This document shows, piece by piece, positions 41,248-50,842 of a DNA stretch of 64,000 nucleotides. Positions within the stretch are counted from its first letter, which is position 1. Every line of letters begins with the position of its first letter. A program made the position numbers and the translations under genes. The stretch is from Nitrospirota bacterium (GTDB taxonomy: Bacteria; Nitrospirota; UBA9217), in contig CAVWHO010000008.1 in assembly GCA_963754875.1 (NCBI GenBank), positions 96,001 to 160,000 on the forward strand. The letters run 5' to 3'. The notes below the pieces were generated by a model that made no database searches, was not told the origin of the DNA, and worked only from the letters and a program-made list of their open reading frames with translations.

Positions 41248-41864
41248 TGAGGGCATTCATAATCGCTAGAGTGCTGATAACAACGTTAGCCATCGGTGCG
41301 GCAGCGTCTGCCGCATTCGCCCAGCAAGGCCGCCCCGCAGGACAGTATGACGACGTGATGGGGCTTGAAAACCAGCCCGGCCGCGGCAACGTTTTGTCGG
41401 AGGAGAAACGAGAACAGATCAGGAAAAAAATTGAGACCGTCAGAATCTGGCGGCTTACGGAACAACTAAAGCTCGACACCACAACAAGCGCAAAACTGGC
41501 GTCCCTCATAAGCTCAATTGATGAGCAGCGCACCAGTATCAACCAGGCGCAAATGATGAGCATGCGGGAACTGCGTATTACTCTGAAATCCCCGAAGCCC
41601 GACGAGGCAAAGATCAAATCCCTCCTCGATAAACTGGAGAACAATCAGCATGCCATGCAAGAACTCCGAGAGCGGGAGTGGAGAGGTCTGCAGGACATCC
41701 TGACAGTAGAGCAGCAAGCGCGTTACTTTCTCTTCCAGCAGGCATTTAGACATGAGATACAACGCATGATAGCCAACGCCAGAAACAGAGGGAGAGGTCC
41801 AATGGCCGGCCAACAAGGGAGAGGCAACGTGCCCGGAGGCCAGGCGGGGCCGCCGGAGAATTAA
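41244..41864 (+). CDS. periplasmic Spy/CpxP-like (heavy-metal sensor family) protein
   Basis: signal peptide, helical body, 'ILTVEQQARY' LTxxQ motif. Confidence 0.75.
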   Translation: MMRAFIIARVLITTLAIGAAASAAFAQQGRPAGQYDDVMGLENQPGRGNVLSEEKREQIRKKIETVRIWRLTEQLKLDTTTSAKLASLISSIDEQRTSINQAQMMSMRELRITLKSPKPDEAKIKSLLDKLENNQHAMQELREREWRGLQDILTVEQQARYFLFQQAFRHEIQRMIANARNRGRGPMAGQQGRGNVPGGQAGPPEN

Positions 41865-41898
41865 GCTCGAACGCTGTGCCGCAATCGGTTATCAGAGT

Positions 41899-41925
41899 AG
41901 GGGGCTCTCCATGGCCCCCTTTTTT
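41899..41925 (+). terminator. intrinsic terminator of the ECF operon
   Basis: AGGGGGC-tctccatg-GCCCCCT followed by TTTTT. Confidence 0.7.
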
Positions 41926-42086
41926 ATAAGAGAGTCCTGTCCTTGAAGACCGGTATACCGGGGAGATTGAGACAATGCTTTCGCGCTTTGTACCGGTCAT
42001 TTCCTCCGGCATTTCGAAACCGGCAGCCTCGCCTTCCTGCTATATGAAAGAATTGCATCCAAAGATCATTTCGGCGACGCTTCTTA

Positions 42087-42116
42087 TTGACAAATAGCCC
42101 CCCAAGTCCGTATAAT
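42087..42116 (+). promoter_or_regulatory. sigma-70 promoter
   Basis: TTGACA-N18-TATAAT. Confidence 0.65.
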
Positions 42117-42163
42117 CTTCTACTGTTTTTTTTAACTACTGTTCTCAGGAAGGCGTCATCCGA

Positions 42164-42778
42164 ATGCATCGAATTGTAAAAAAATATGCTAAGTTCCTTG
42201 AAAAATCCAGCGACAAGTTCCGCGAGGCAACTAACAAGCACGGTGTGGGCTGCAAACGTGGTTGCAACGAATGCTGTTCCGTAGGATTCTTCGACATCAC
42301 GCTCCTCGATGCCATCCATCTTCGGGCAGCGTTGAAAGAGGTCCCCTTGGATATTCGAAACAAAGTGATCGCAAAGGCCAATGAACAACTCGACATCCTG
42401 GAGAAGAAGAAAGCCTTTTCACGGAAAGATCCGCTGCTCAAGTCGCTGCCCGCCATCGACTCTATATCACGCCGGTCAGCCAAAATGCAGTGCCCGGCCC
42501 TGGACGACAACGGCGCATGCCTGATCTACAATCAGCGGCCGCACATCTGCCGTATATTCGGACCGACTATTCGCGGCCCGCGTCGCGCGGTCAGGCTCGA
42601 AGGGTGCGGTTATTTTACCAAAGACATCCCGGAAGCGGATTTTCCCATCTTCGACCATTATAATGAAGAAAAGGCAATGCAAAAAGCCATGTTCCAGAAG
42701 GCAGGCCGCAAGCGGATCCGCGAAGTCGACACAATCATTCCTGCGGCCCTGACCCTGGATCTGAAGAAGTGGCTGTGA
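42164..42778 (+). CDS. YkgJ-family cysteine cluster protein
   Basis: CKRGCNECC...CPALDDNGACLIYNQRPHICRIFG. Confidence 0.88.
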   Translation: MHRIVKKYAKFLEKSSDKFREATNKHGVGCKRGCNECCSVGFFDITLLDAIHLRAALKEVPLDIRNKVIAKANEQLDILEKKKAFSRKDPLLKSLPAIDSISRRSAKMQCPALDDNGACLIYNQRPHICRIFGPTIRGPRRAVRLEGCGYFTKDIPEADFPIFDHYNEEKAMQKAMFQKAGRKRIREVDTIIPAALTLDLKKWL

Positions 42779-42783
42779 TTCTT

Positions 42784-42873
42784 CAGAATTCAGGAGCCAG
42801 AAGACAGAAGCCAGATCAAACGATAATCAAAATCTAATTAATGCAATCTTAGTGCTGGGTCCTGGCTACCGAC
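42784..42873. repeat. intergenic inverted repeat with 7-nt periodic arms
   Basis: CAGAATT CAGGAGC CAGAAGA CAGAAGC CAGATCA ... TGCTGGG TCCTGGC TACCGAC. Confidence 0.7.
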
Positions 42874-42887
42874 TCAGCTAGTTAACC

Positions 42888-43436
42888 ATGGAAATCCTCA
42901 GCAAAAAAATCGTCTGGACGGGCAAGTTCATGAGCGCCGTGGAAATCACCTACCGCGATGCGCACGGCATCGTTCGCACCTGGGAAGCGCTCGAGCGTGT
43001 GGGGGTCGGCGGCATCGTGGTGATGGTCGCGGTCACACCGTCCGGCAACGTCGTCTTCGAAAAGCAGTTTCGGCCTCCGGTCGGTCGGGACGTCATCGAA
43101 CTCCCCGCCGGGCTTGTCGAGTCAAACGAATCCATGGAAGTCGCAGCCAAACGTGAACTAATTGAAGAAACAGGATGGTCGGCAGGAAAGCTCGAATTCC
43201 TCGCCGAAGGCCCCATATCGACGGGGGCCTCCACTGAGGCCCTCCGGGCTTATCTCTGCACGGAGCTGGAGCAGGTAGGTAAAAGCGGCGGCGATGACAA
43301 TGAGATCATCGAGGTCATCGAGGTCCCGCTCCGGGAGGCTCAGGATTTCCTCAGGGAAGCCCAGAAAAAAAATACCCTCGTTGACCTTAAGGTGTTCGGA
43401 CTCGTGGAATTGGCGCGCAAAGCGCTAGGACTCTAA
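42888..43436 (+). CDS. NUDIX hydrolase (ADP-ribose pyrophosphatase-like)
   Basis: QFRPPV...ELPAGLVE...AAKRELIEETG Nudix box. Confidence 0.9.
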   Translation: MEILSKKIVWTGKFMSAVEITYRDAHGIVRTWEALERVGVGGIVVMVAVTPSGNVVFEKQFRPPVGRDVIELPAGLVESNESMEVAAKRELIEETGWSAGKLEFLAEGPISTGASTEALRAYLCTELEQVGKSGGDDNEIIEVIEVPLREAQDFLREAQKKNTLVDLKVFGLVELARKALGL

Positions 43437-43525
43437 ACTCCAATTGATTGTCAAACCAGCATTTCGGAAGAGACACTCACATTTCCACACCAATTGCTAA
43501 AGCAATCGTCATTAATGCTCCGCAT

Positions 43526-44116
43526 TTATTTAGAAGTTGAGACAACAAGTGTTTTCCCTGCCTCGTATGCCTCGTGCAATGCTGTTGGATGGTCTCTGAT
43601 TGCCCCTTTCTTATCAACGGCATCAAACGCCAGGGTGACGTGCTCCTGGACGTTAACGGTCCTGAAAAAAGCCCGCACCGTCGCCTCTGCACATTGAAAG
43701 CCGACATTCCTCTCGTTTTGCTTCATACCTCCGACCAGCAGCAGCAACCCCTTGCGTCCGAAGGCACCCGCAGGGACAGGTTTTTTATGCACGTATTTCT
43801 CAGCCCAAAAAGCCTGGCATCGGTCTATCATAATTTTGGTCTGGGCGCTTATGCTGAAAAAAAAGATGGGAGAAGCAACAACGATCCTGTCCGCGCTCCG
43901 GATTTCCCGGTGAAGCGTCTGCATATCGTCTTTGACCACACAAAGCCCTGCATCGTCGCATTTCCCACAGTTCAGGCACGCCCGGAGATCAAGCGCATCG
44001 AGATTGTATGTCGTCACCTCGCCGCCGTGGTCCTTCACTCCCCTGATCGCCTCGGCGAGAAGAATTTCCGTGTTACCTTCCCTTCTCGGGCTTCCGTTAA
44101 ATGCGATTACCTTCAT
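43526..44116 (-). CDS. flavodoxin family / iron-sulfur flavoprotein
   Basis: GSPRREGNT, CLNCGKC...C..KDDM, ASPIFF and KIMIDRCQ. Confidence 0.87.
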   Translation of the reverse strand: MKVIAFNGSPRREGNTEILLAEAIRGVKDHGGEVTTYNLDALDLRACLNCGKCDDAGLCVVKDDMQTLHREIRSADRIVVASPIFFFSISAQTKIMIDRCQAFWAEKYVHKKPVPAGAFGRKGLLLLVGGMKQNERNVGFQCAEATVRAFFRTVNVQEHVTLAFDAVDKKGAIRDHPTALHEAYEAGKTLVVSTSK

Positions 44117-44160
44117 AGCTTTCCCCTGTCAACAATCCGGCCCTCTTCGTCCCTCTTTGG

Positions 44161-44763
44161 TTACAGATAATCCTGCAACTGTTTTTTAAAGTCATCCCTC
44201 GTGACGAAATGGATCGTCTGCAACCCCTGACGCCGAGCGCGGACAATATGGTTGATATTGTCATCGACAAAGAGTGTTTGTTCAGGTCGGGTGCCGAGCG
44301 CTGAACAGACATCTACGAAGACCGACCCATCGCGCTTGCTCTTGTGGATATGGTAGGAATTAAAGACCCGGTCGAAATGCCGAAACAGCAGCGTCCTTTC
44401 ATTGATTTCATCGAGCCAGTTGGTCTGGTCGCTCAGCATTGCGACTCTCACACCGCGTTTCCGCAGCGTGTCAACATCGGACAACATATCAGGCCTGATC
44501 ACAAATCTGCGAAGAATTTCCTGTTTCAGCGATTCATCGTCGCCCGTTATGCCGGTCCTGCTCCTGACGGCGTTCCAGAACTCGGCTTCATCAGCTGTGC
44601 CGATAAGATATCCCGTCTCATAGATGAGAGAATCAACAACAGTAAAAAAAGATTTCGGATCAAGCCCGTTTTGTTTTCCGATGGCCTGCAGCCCTTTGAA
44701 AAATCCTTCTTCTGCGATGACCCCGCCGAAATCAAAGAGAACCACCCTGATGATCTGCCCCAT
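44161..44763 (-). CDS. HAD-family phosphatase
   Basis: VLFDFGGVI, LSDQ, K..D, LFVDD and GLQTIHF. Confidence 0.85.
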   Translation of the reverse strand: MGQIIRVVLFDFGGVIAEEGFFKGLQAIGKQNGLDPKSFFTVVDSLIYETGYLIGTADEAEFWNAVRSRTGITGDDESLKQEILRRFVIRPDMLSDVDTLRKRGVRVAMLSDQTNWLDEINERTLLFRHFDRVFNSYHIHKSKRDGSVFVDVCSALGTRPEQTLFVDDNINHIVRARRQGLQTIHFVTRDDFKKQLQDYL

Positions 44764-44869
44764 GTTGACTTCCTTTTTGCATTCGATCGTCACCGTCGCA
44801 CTCTGTTGTAATCACGGCGAAAACCATGACTGTAAAATAGCACACTTGGGACAGGACTGCAAAAAAAAC

Positions 44870-44897
44870 TTGACTATCTCCTGCGAGTCTGTATAAT
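44870..44897 (+). promoter_or_regulatory. sigma-70 promoter of dprA
   Basis: TTGACT-N16-TATAAT. Confidence 0.55.
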
Positions 44898-44943
44898 TTC
44901 GACCCTAAGTACGAAAGCCGCACGCGGAGCGACGGACGGTCTG

Positions 44944-46047
44944 ATGCAAAACACACCTGATCCAGTTCTGTATTGGGTAGGACTGAGCAGCATCCCCGGC
45001 GTGGGCAGAACGACTTTCAGAAGACTCGTCGAACGCTTCGGCTCTCCCGAGCGTGCACTCGGTGCAGGCCGCGATGATCTGCAATCCGTCGAAGGTTTAC
45101 CCCGCAAGGTCGTTGACTCGCTTTGTTCCTTCTCCTGGCGCGAACAGGCCGCAGAAGAACTGAAAAAAGCCTCGGATGCGGGCGTTGCCATCATTACCCT
45201 TGACAGCCCTGTTTACCCGGCTTGCCTTCGAGATACTCCCGACCCTCCGCTCTACCTTTATGTAAAAGGTACGCTGAGACCTGAAGACGAAAATGCCGTG
45301 GCAATCGTCGGCACGCGGAAGCCGACGCACTACGGGACGACCGTAACAAGCAGGATTTCATCGGAACTTTCATCGTCCGGCGTTACCATCGTGAGCGGCA
45401 TGGCGCGAGGTATCGACACCCAGGCCCATCGCGGGGCGCTTGCCGCGCAGGGCAGGACCATCGCAGTGCTCGGATGCGGCATCGATGTGGTGTATCCGCC
45501 GGAGAACAGGGACCTGATGGACCGGATCAGCCGTTCGGGCGCGGTTGTGACGGAAAATGCCTTCGGCACCAAACCGGAAGCCGGCTATTTCCCGGCCCGT
45601 AACCGGATCATCAGCGGTCTCGCGCGCGGGACCGTGATCATCGAAGCATCAGAAGACAGCGGCTCGCTGATCACGTCGCGCTATACTCTCGAACAGGGCC
45701 GACAACTGTTCGCCGTACCGGGGAACATCGGCGCGCCGACCAGCCGGGGCTCGAACAGCCTCATCAAAGAAGGCGCGATCCTCGTGGAAGGCGCGGAGGA
45801 CATTCTGGCCGGACTCGGCGTCAAACGCAGACCCGGCGCAGCGGGACCGGGTCGACGTCCCCTGCCGGCGCTCACGCAGGAAGAAGAAACCGTGTTCCGG
45901 TGTGTTACGTATGAAGCGAAACATATCGATATGATCATGAGCGAAAGTCGTGTCTCAGCGGGAAGGCTGAGCGGGGTCCTGATCAACCTCGAATTAAAAG
46001 GGCTTGCAAAACAGCTTCCAGGGAAGTATTTTATACGGGTCGAATAA
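44944..46047 (+). CDS. dprA: DNA-processing protein DprA
   Basis: VAIVGTR, VSGMARGIDTQAH, FPARNRIISGL and SGSLIT. Confidence 0.95.
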   Translation: MQNTPDPVLYWVGLSSIPGVGRTTFRRLVERFGSPERALGAGRDDLQSVEGLPRKVVDSLCSFSWREQAAEELKKASDAGVAIITLDSPVYPACLRDTPDPPLYLYVKGTLRPEDENAVAIVGTRKPTHYGTTVTSRISSELSSSGVTIVSGMARGIDTQAHRGALAAQGRTIAVLGCGIDVVYPPENRDLMDRISRSGAVVTENAFGTKPEAGYFPARNRIISGLARGTVIIEASEDSGSLITSRYTLEQGRQLFAVPGNIGAPTSRGSNSLIKEGAILVEGAEDILAGLGVKRRPGAAGPGRRPLPALTQEEETVFRCVTYEAKHIDMIMSESRVSAGRLSGVLINLELKGLAKQLPGKYFIRVE

Positions 46048-46150
46048 AAAGCTCTACCGCATAGTCACCCCCTGCAACGAAAGCGGCATGTTTCTTTTTT
46101 CAGGAGTCCCTTTCGGCGGTGTATCAGTGCGGCAGAAACAGGAGTGTAGT

Positions 46151-46627
46151 TTGGACGAACGGATGATGCACTTGTTCTCGCTTATTGCAGACCAGGTACA
46201 GAACAAACAGGAACTTTTCGATGAAGAAGGGAAGATCATGCAGGCCCTGCTGAACGACGGGTATCGGCTGCATGAAGCGGACGCAGCGTTGACGCTCATG
46301 CAGACCCTCGTGCAAAAACAGTCTGAAGAGTTGTTCACTCCGGCAGCAATGCCGGCACGGTCCGGTTTGCGGGCGATGACCCGGGAAGAACGCGGGCGCT
46401 TCACCATCGACGCCTTCGGGTTTGTTACAAAACTCACACACCTCGGAATCATATCGGAAGACCAGCGTGAGGAACTGCTGGAACGGGCCATGACGGCATA
46501 TGCAGAACGGCTAGAGTTGGACCATATAAAAGCACTGATAGCTTTTACGCTCTTTGTTCCTCATCATGAACGCGTTGCGACCGACAAGGCCGTTATTCGC
46601 CAGATAAGGACGACAGCCTGGAATTAA
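46151..46627 (+). CDS. DUF494/Smg family protein
   Basis: between dprA and topA; 'RAMTREERGRFTIDAFGFVTKL..LGII..DQREELLER'; TTG start after AGGAG. Confidence 0.75.
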   Translation: MDERMMHLFSLIADQVQNKQELFDEEGKIMQALLNDGYRLHEADAALTLMQTLVQKQSEELFTPAAMPARSGLRAMTREERGRFTIDAFGFVTKLTHLGIISEDQREELLERAMTAYAERLELDHIKALIAFTLFVPHHERVATDKAVIRQIRTTAWN

Positions 46628-46733
46628 GATGCACATCTCCGCGGAGAATGTGAATACCATGATTGGCCGGAGGGCTCCTTCTTAATTCTGAGGGTGCGCT
46701 CTTGGTTGAAAAAAAGTTTTAAGGTTTATCAGA

Positions 46734-49031
46734 ATGAAATCACTCGTCATAGTTGAGTCGCCTGCAAAGGCAAAGACCATCGCCAAATATCTCGGCAAGG
46801 ACTATACGGTCAAGGCCTCGGTGGGTCACGTCATGGACCTGCCCAAGAGCAAACTCGGCGTAGACATCGAAAAAGACTTCGAGCCAAGCTACATCCAGAT
46901 CAAGGGCAAGGGCCCGGTCGTGAAAGAGCTCAAGGCCGCCGCAAAAAAGGCAGACCGCATCCTGCTCGCAACGGACCCGGACCGCGAGGGCGAGGCCATC
47001 GCCTACCACGTCGCCGAGGTCCTTTCAGGGAGCGCCAAGACCACCGAAGTATACCGCGTCCTCTTCAATGAAATAACCAAGAAAGCAATTCTCCTCGCCA
47101 TAGAGCATCCCGGAAAGATCGATATAAACAAAGTAGATGCCCAGCAGGCGCGGCGCGTTCTCGACCGTCTCGTGGGCTATCAGATAAGCCCCATTCTCTG
47201 GAAAAAAGTGCGGCGCGGGCTTTCGGCAGGCCGGGTCCAGTCCGTGGCCCTTCGGCTGATCTGCGAGCGGGAAGAAGAGATCAAGGCCTTCGTGCCGGAA
47301 GAGTTCTGGTCGCTCACTGCCCTGCTCGAAGGGAAACTGCCGCCGCAGTTCGAGGCTAAGCTTCTAAAAAAAGACGAAGAGAAGCTCAGGGTCAAGAACA
47401 ACGAAGAAGTGCAAAAGATCCTTGTTGACCTCCAGGGCGCAACTTATAGTGTTTCTAAAATTGATAAAAAAGAACGGCGGCGCAACCCCGTGCCGCCCTT
47501 CACGACAAGCAAGCTGCAACAAGAGGGCGGCCGTAAGCTCGGCTTCACGTCCAAGAGGACCATGGGCATTGCTCAATCCCTCTACGAAGGAGTCGATATC
47601 GGCAAGGAAGGGACCGTCGGTCTCATCACCTACATGAGGACCGATTCGACCCGTGTGGGCAAAGAAGCCCAGGACGAGGCCCGGGAGTTCATCTCGAATA
47701 AATACGGCAAGGAGTATCTGCCGGAAAAACCACCTGTATACGCCAGCGCCAAGTCCGCCCAGGAAGCCCATGAGGCCGTCCGGCCGACGTCGGTATTGCG
47801 CGAACCCGATGCGATCAAACAGTATCTCGAACCGGACCAGTATAAACTCTATAAGCTCATCTGGAACCGCTTCGTGGCAAGCCAGATGAACCCCGCAATC
47901 ATCGACCAGACCTCGGTCGATGTTAAAGCAGGCGATTACACGTTTCGGGCCACCGGGTCTATCGTAAAATTCCCGGGTTTTATGGCGGTCTATATGGAAG
48001 AAAAGTCCGAGGACCAGGCGCCGTCGGAGGAAGAGAACGGAGAAGCTGTTTTGCCGCCCCTGAACGAAGGAGAAACGCTCTCTCTCGTCAAGCTCGACCC
48101 CAAACAGCACTTCACCCAGCCGCCGCCGAGATTTTCTGAAGCATTGCTCGTAAAAACCCTCGAAGAAAAGGGCATCGGCAGGCCGAGCACCTACGCGGCG
48201 ATTATTTCTACCATCCAGGAACGCGACTACGTTAACAAGGTGGAAAATAAGTTTCGTCCTACCGAACTGGGGGTCCTCGTGAGCGATCTCCTCGTCAGCC
48301 ATTTCCCGGTGGTCATGGACGTGGCCTTTACTGCCAAAATGGAGGAGGACCTCGATAAAATAGAAGAAGGCCAGCTGCCGTGGGTAGAAGCGGTAAGAGT
48401 CTTTTACAAGCCATTTAGCGAAAGCCTCGAAAAAGCCCAGGCCGAGATGAAAGACTTCAAGGCCGAGCAGGTGCCTACGGACATCACCTGTGAAAAATGC
48501 GGCAAACCCATGGTGGTCAAGTGGGGCAGGAACGGCCAGTTCCTCGCCTGCAGCGGGTATCCCGACTGCAAAACCACCAAACCCTTTGTGCGCAACGAGA
48601 ATGGTGTTGTGGAGGCCGCGCCCGAAGAAACGACTGACGAGAAATGTCCCAAGTGCGGCTCCGCCATGATGATCAAGCGGGGCAGGTTCGGAAAATTTCT
48701 CGCCTGTTCACGCTACCCGGAGTGCAAGTATACGCAAGGCATGTCTACCGGCGTTCTCTGCCCTGAAGACGGCGGGAAGCTTGTTGAGCGGCGCTCACGC
48801 TTCGGGAAAATGTTCTATTCCTGCGCCAACTACCCCGACTGCAAATTCGCCATCTGGAACAAACCCCTTCCCCGCCCCTGTCCGAAGTGCGGCGCTCCCT
48901 TCCTCGTGGAAAAGTATTCCAAGAAAACCGGTGTATCCATCGTCTGCATGAAGAAAGAATGCGACTACAAGGAAGAGCCGAAGATTGAGGAACAGGAGTC
49001 GATAGCCGAGGACCAGACCGCGAAAGTCTGA
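46734..49031 (+). CDS. topA: DNA topoisomerase I
   Basis: LVIVESPAKA, ATDPDREGE, SAGRVQ, ITYMRTDS and C-terminal Zn ribbons. Confidence 0.97.
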   Translation: MKSLVIVESPAKAKTIAKYLGKDYTVKASVGHVMDLPKSKLGVDIEKDFEPSYIQIKGKGPVVKELKAAAKKADRILLATDPDREGEAIAYHVAEVLSGSAKTTEVYRVLFNEITKKAILLAIEHPGKIDINKVDAQQARRVLDRLVGYQISPILWKKVRRGLSAGRVQSVALRLICEREEEIKAFVPEEFWSLTALLEGKLPPQFEAKLLKKDEEKLRVKNNEEVQKILVDLQGATYSVSKIDKKERRRNPVPPFTTSKLQQEGGRKLGFTSKRTMGIAQSLYEGVDIGKEGTVGLITYMRTDSTRVGKEAQDEAREFISNKYGKEYLPEKPPVYASAKSAQEAHEAVRPTSVLREPDAIKQYLEPDQYKLYKLIWNRFVASQMNPAIIDQTSVDVKAGDYTFRATGSIVKFPGFMAVYMEEKSEDQAPSEEENGEAVLPPLNEGETLSLVKLDPKQHFTQPPPRFSEALLVKTLEEKGIGRPSTYAAIISTIQERDYVNKVENKFRPTELGVLVSDLLVSHFPVVMDVAFTAKMEEDLDKIEEGQLPWVEAVRVFYKPFSESLEKAQAEMKDFKAEQVPTDITCEKCGKPMVVKWGRNGQFLACSGYPDCKTTKPFVRNENGVVEAAPEETTDEKCPKCGSAMMIKRGRFGKFLACSRYPECKYTQGMSTGVLCPEDGGKLVERRSRFGKMFYSCANYPDCKFAIWNKPLPRPCPKCGAPFLVEKYSKKTGVSIVCMKKECDYKEEPKIEEQESIAEDQTAKV

Positions 49032-49112
49032 TCACGAACGCAGGAAATCACCCGTCGTCGCAAATTGTTTCGTACAGCCTATTCCCTAATCCCCACAACG
49101 ATGGGGAAACCC

Positions 49113-49141
49113 TTGCAAATTCCCGCTTCTTACGATAAAGT
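49113..49141 (+). promoter_or_regulatory. sigma-70 promoter of xerC (possibly leaderless)
   Basis: TTGCAA-N17-TAAAGT ending 6 nt before the ATG; no SD. Confidence 0.5.
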
Positions 49142-49147
49142 ACCCGC

Positions 49148-50050
49148 ATGAGGAAGTACATCTTCAATTTCATTCATTACCTCAAGAGCGAAAAAAATGT
49201 TTCTTTCCATACCGAGAGAAGCTATCTTTCGGACCTGGAACAGTTCGCCGATTTCCTCGACGGCAAGGACGCCGGAGCGGTCGACCACCAGACGCTCCGC
49301 CAGTTCATCGCTCTTTTCATGAAAAAAGGAACGAAGAAATCCTCGATCGCGCGTAAGCTGTCCGCAATCAGGTCTTTTTTCAAATATCTGAACCGTGAGG
49401 GGATCCTTGCCGGCAATCCCGCACGACTTGTGAGCACACCCCGACGGGAAAAAAGACTCCCCGCGGTGCTGACCGCAGACGACGCACAGCGACTCATGGA
49501 AGCGCCGGGCACAACGAGGCACGACGGCGGCGATACGATTTTCCGGGATCGGGCGGTCCTTGAAACGCTCTACTCAACCGGCATCCGGGCGAGTGAACTC
49601 ACCGGCATGAACCGCGAAGACATCGATCGGCATGACCGGCTCGTCCGTATCAGGGGAAAGGGACGCAAAGAGCGGGTCGTGCCTATCGGGCAGAAGGCGC
49701 TTGATGTGGTCGATGCATACCTCAGCAGCAGAAGAAACAGCGTGGATCCTGCCGCAGTCTTTACGGGTCCGTCGGGAAAACGCTTGACAGCGCGCACGGT
49801 TCAGCGTATTTTAGAAAATTATAGAAAATCACTCGGCCTGGCCCAGAAAGCCAGCCCGCATACACTGCGTCACAGCTTCGCGACTCACTTGCTCGAATCC
49901 GGAGCTGATCTGCGGGCAATCCAGGAGCTTCTCGGACACGCGAGCCTCTCGACGACGCAGCGGTATACTCACCTCAATCTCGACTCGCTCATGGAAACCT
50001 ATGATAAGGCCCATCCAAGGGCGAGGAGGCGGAGGGGCGAGGGAAGATAG
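49148..50050 (+). CDS. xerC: tyrosine recombinase XerC
   Basis: LYSTGIRASEL, GKGRKER, HTLRHSFATHLL, IQELLGH and TTQRY; topA-xerC-hslVU synteny. Confidence 0.92.
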   Translation: MRKYIFNFIHYLKSEKNVSFHTERSYLSDLEQFADFLDGKDAGAVDHQTLRQFIALFMKKGTKKSSIARKLSAIRSFFKYLNREGILAGNPARLVSTPRREKRLPAVLTADDAQRLMEAPGTTRHDGGDTIFRDRAVLETLYSTGIRASELTGMNREDIDRHDRLVRIRGKGRKERVVPIGQKALDVVDAYLSSRRNSVDPAAVFTGPSGKRLTARTVQRILENYRKSLGLAQKASPHTLRHSFATHLLESGADLRAIQELLGHASLSTTQRYTHLNLDSLMETYDKAHPRARRRRGEGR

Positions 50051-50160
50051 ACGAGGGACGTTGCACTGGAACCGAGGGACGACGGACGAGGGACGAAAAG
50101 TCGCAATTGACTGCGTCCATCTTTCTCGTGAGCTGAGCGAGCGGTCGTCCATCGTCCATC
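50050..50160. repeat. intergenic inverted repeat with 7-nt periodic arms
   Basis: CGAGGGA CGACGGA CGAGGGA CGA ... CGTCCAT..TCGTCCA TCGTCCA TC. Confidence 0.7.
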
Positions 50161-50182
50161 ATTATTTTTTACAGGAGGCATC

Positions 50183-50725
50183 ATGGGAGAAATAACCCCC
50201 TTGCACGGAACAACGATCCTGTCCGTGAGACGGAATGGCAAGTCGGCGATCGCAGGCGACGGTCAAGTTACGGTCGGCACGACAGTAATGAAGCACAACG
50301 CGAAAAAAGTACGAAAGATGTTCAATGACAAGGTCATTGCCGGATTCGCGGGTGCGACGGCCGACGCATTCACGCTCTTCGAGAAATTCGAGGCCAAACT
50401 CGAGCAGTACCACGGTAATCTGACACGCGCAGCTGTGGAACTGGCCAAGGACTGGAGAACGGACAGAGTGCTCCGGAGGCTGGAAGCCCTGATGATCGTT
50501 GCCGACAATGAACGATCCTTTATCCTCTCCGGGAACGGTGACGTGATCGAGCCGGAGCAAGGCATTCTGGCAATAGGCTCCGGCGGCCCCTACGCCCTCG
50601 CAGCCGCGCAGGCGCTCATGAAGCACACATCGCTCGACGCGCGGGCTATCGTGGAAGAGGCCTTACGGATAGCCGGCGATATCTGCATCTACACGAATAA
50701 GGAAATCACAATAGAAGAATTGTAA
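50183..50725 (+). CDS. hslV: ATP-dependent protease peptidase subunit HslV
   Basis: [32 protein letters not shown] and ICIYTN. Confidence 0.97.
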   Translation: MGEITPLHGTTILSVRRNGKSAIAGDGQVTVGTTVMKHNAKKVRKMFNDKVIAGFAGATADAFTLFEKFEAKLEQYHGNLTRAAVELAKDWRTDRVLRRLEALMIVADNERSFILSGNGDVIEPEQGILAIGSGGPYALAAAQALMKHTSLDARAIVEEALRIAGDICIYTNKEITIEEL

Positions 50726-50728
50726 TAA

Positions 50729-50825
50729 CAGGAGACAGCAGACAAGGTGCCGGAAGCCAGAATAAGACGGAGAAGCCCACGCGCGTTTACCCGGACTCCT
50801 GGCTCCTGACCCCTGACTGCTGTTT
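50729..50825. repeat. intergenic inverted repeat with 7-nt periodic arms
   Basis: CAGGAGA CAGCAGA CAAGGTG(C) CGGAAGC CAGAATA ... CCGGACT CCTGGCT CCTGACC CCTGACT GCTGTTT. Confidence 0.75.
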
Positions 50826-50842
50826 TCATTCCGGAGGTTTTT

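Noticed and set aside
49148..50050. Tyrosine recombinase as a prophage or island integrase
   Set aside because: Conserved topA-xerC-hslVU context indicates chromosomal XerC
16789..50825. Periodic repeats as a CRISPR array
   Set aside because: Units are 7-10 nt, degenerate and inverted, with no unique spacers and no cas genes
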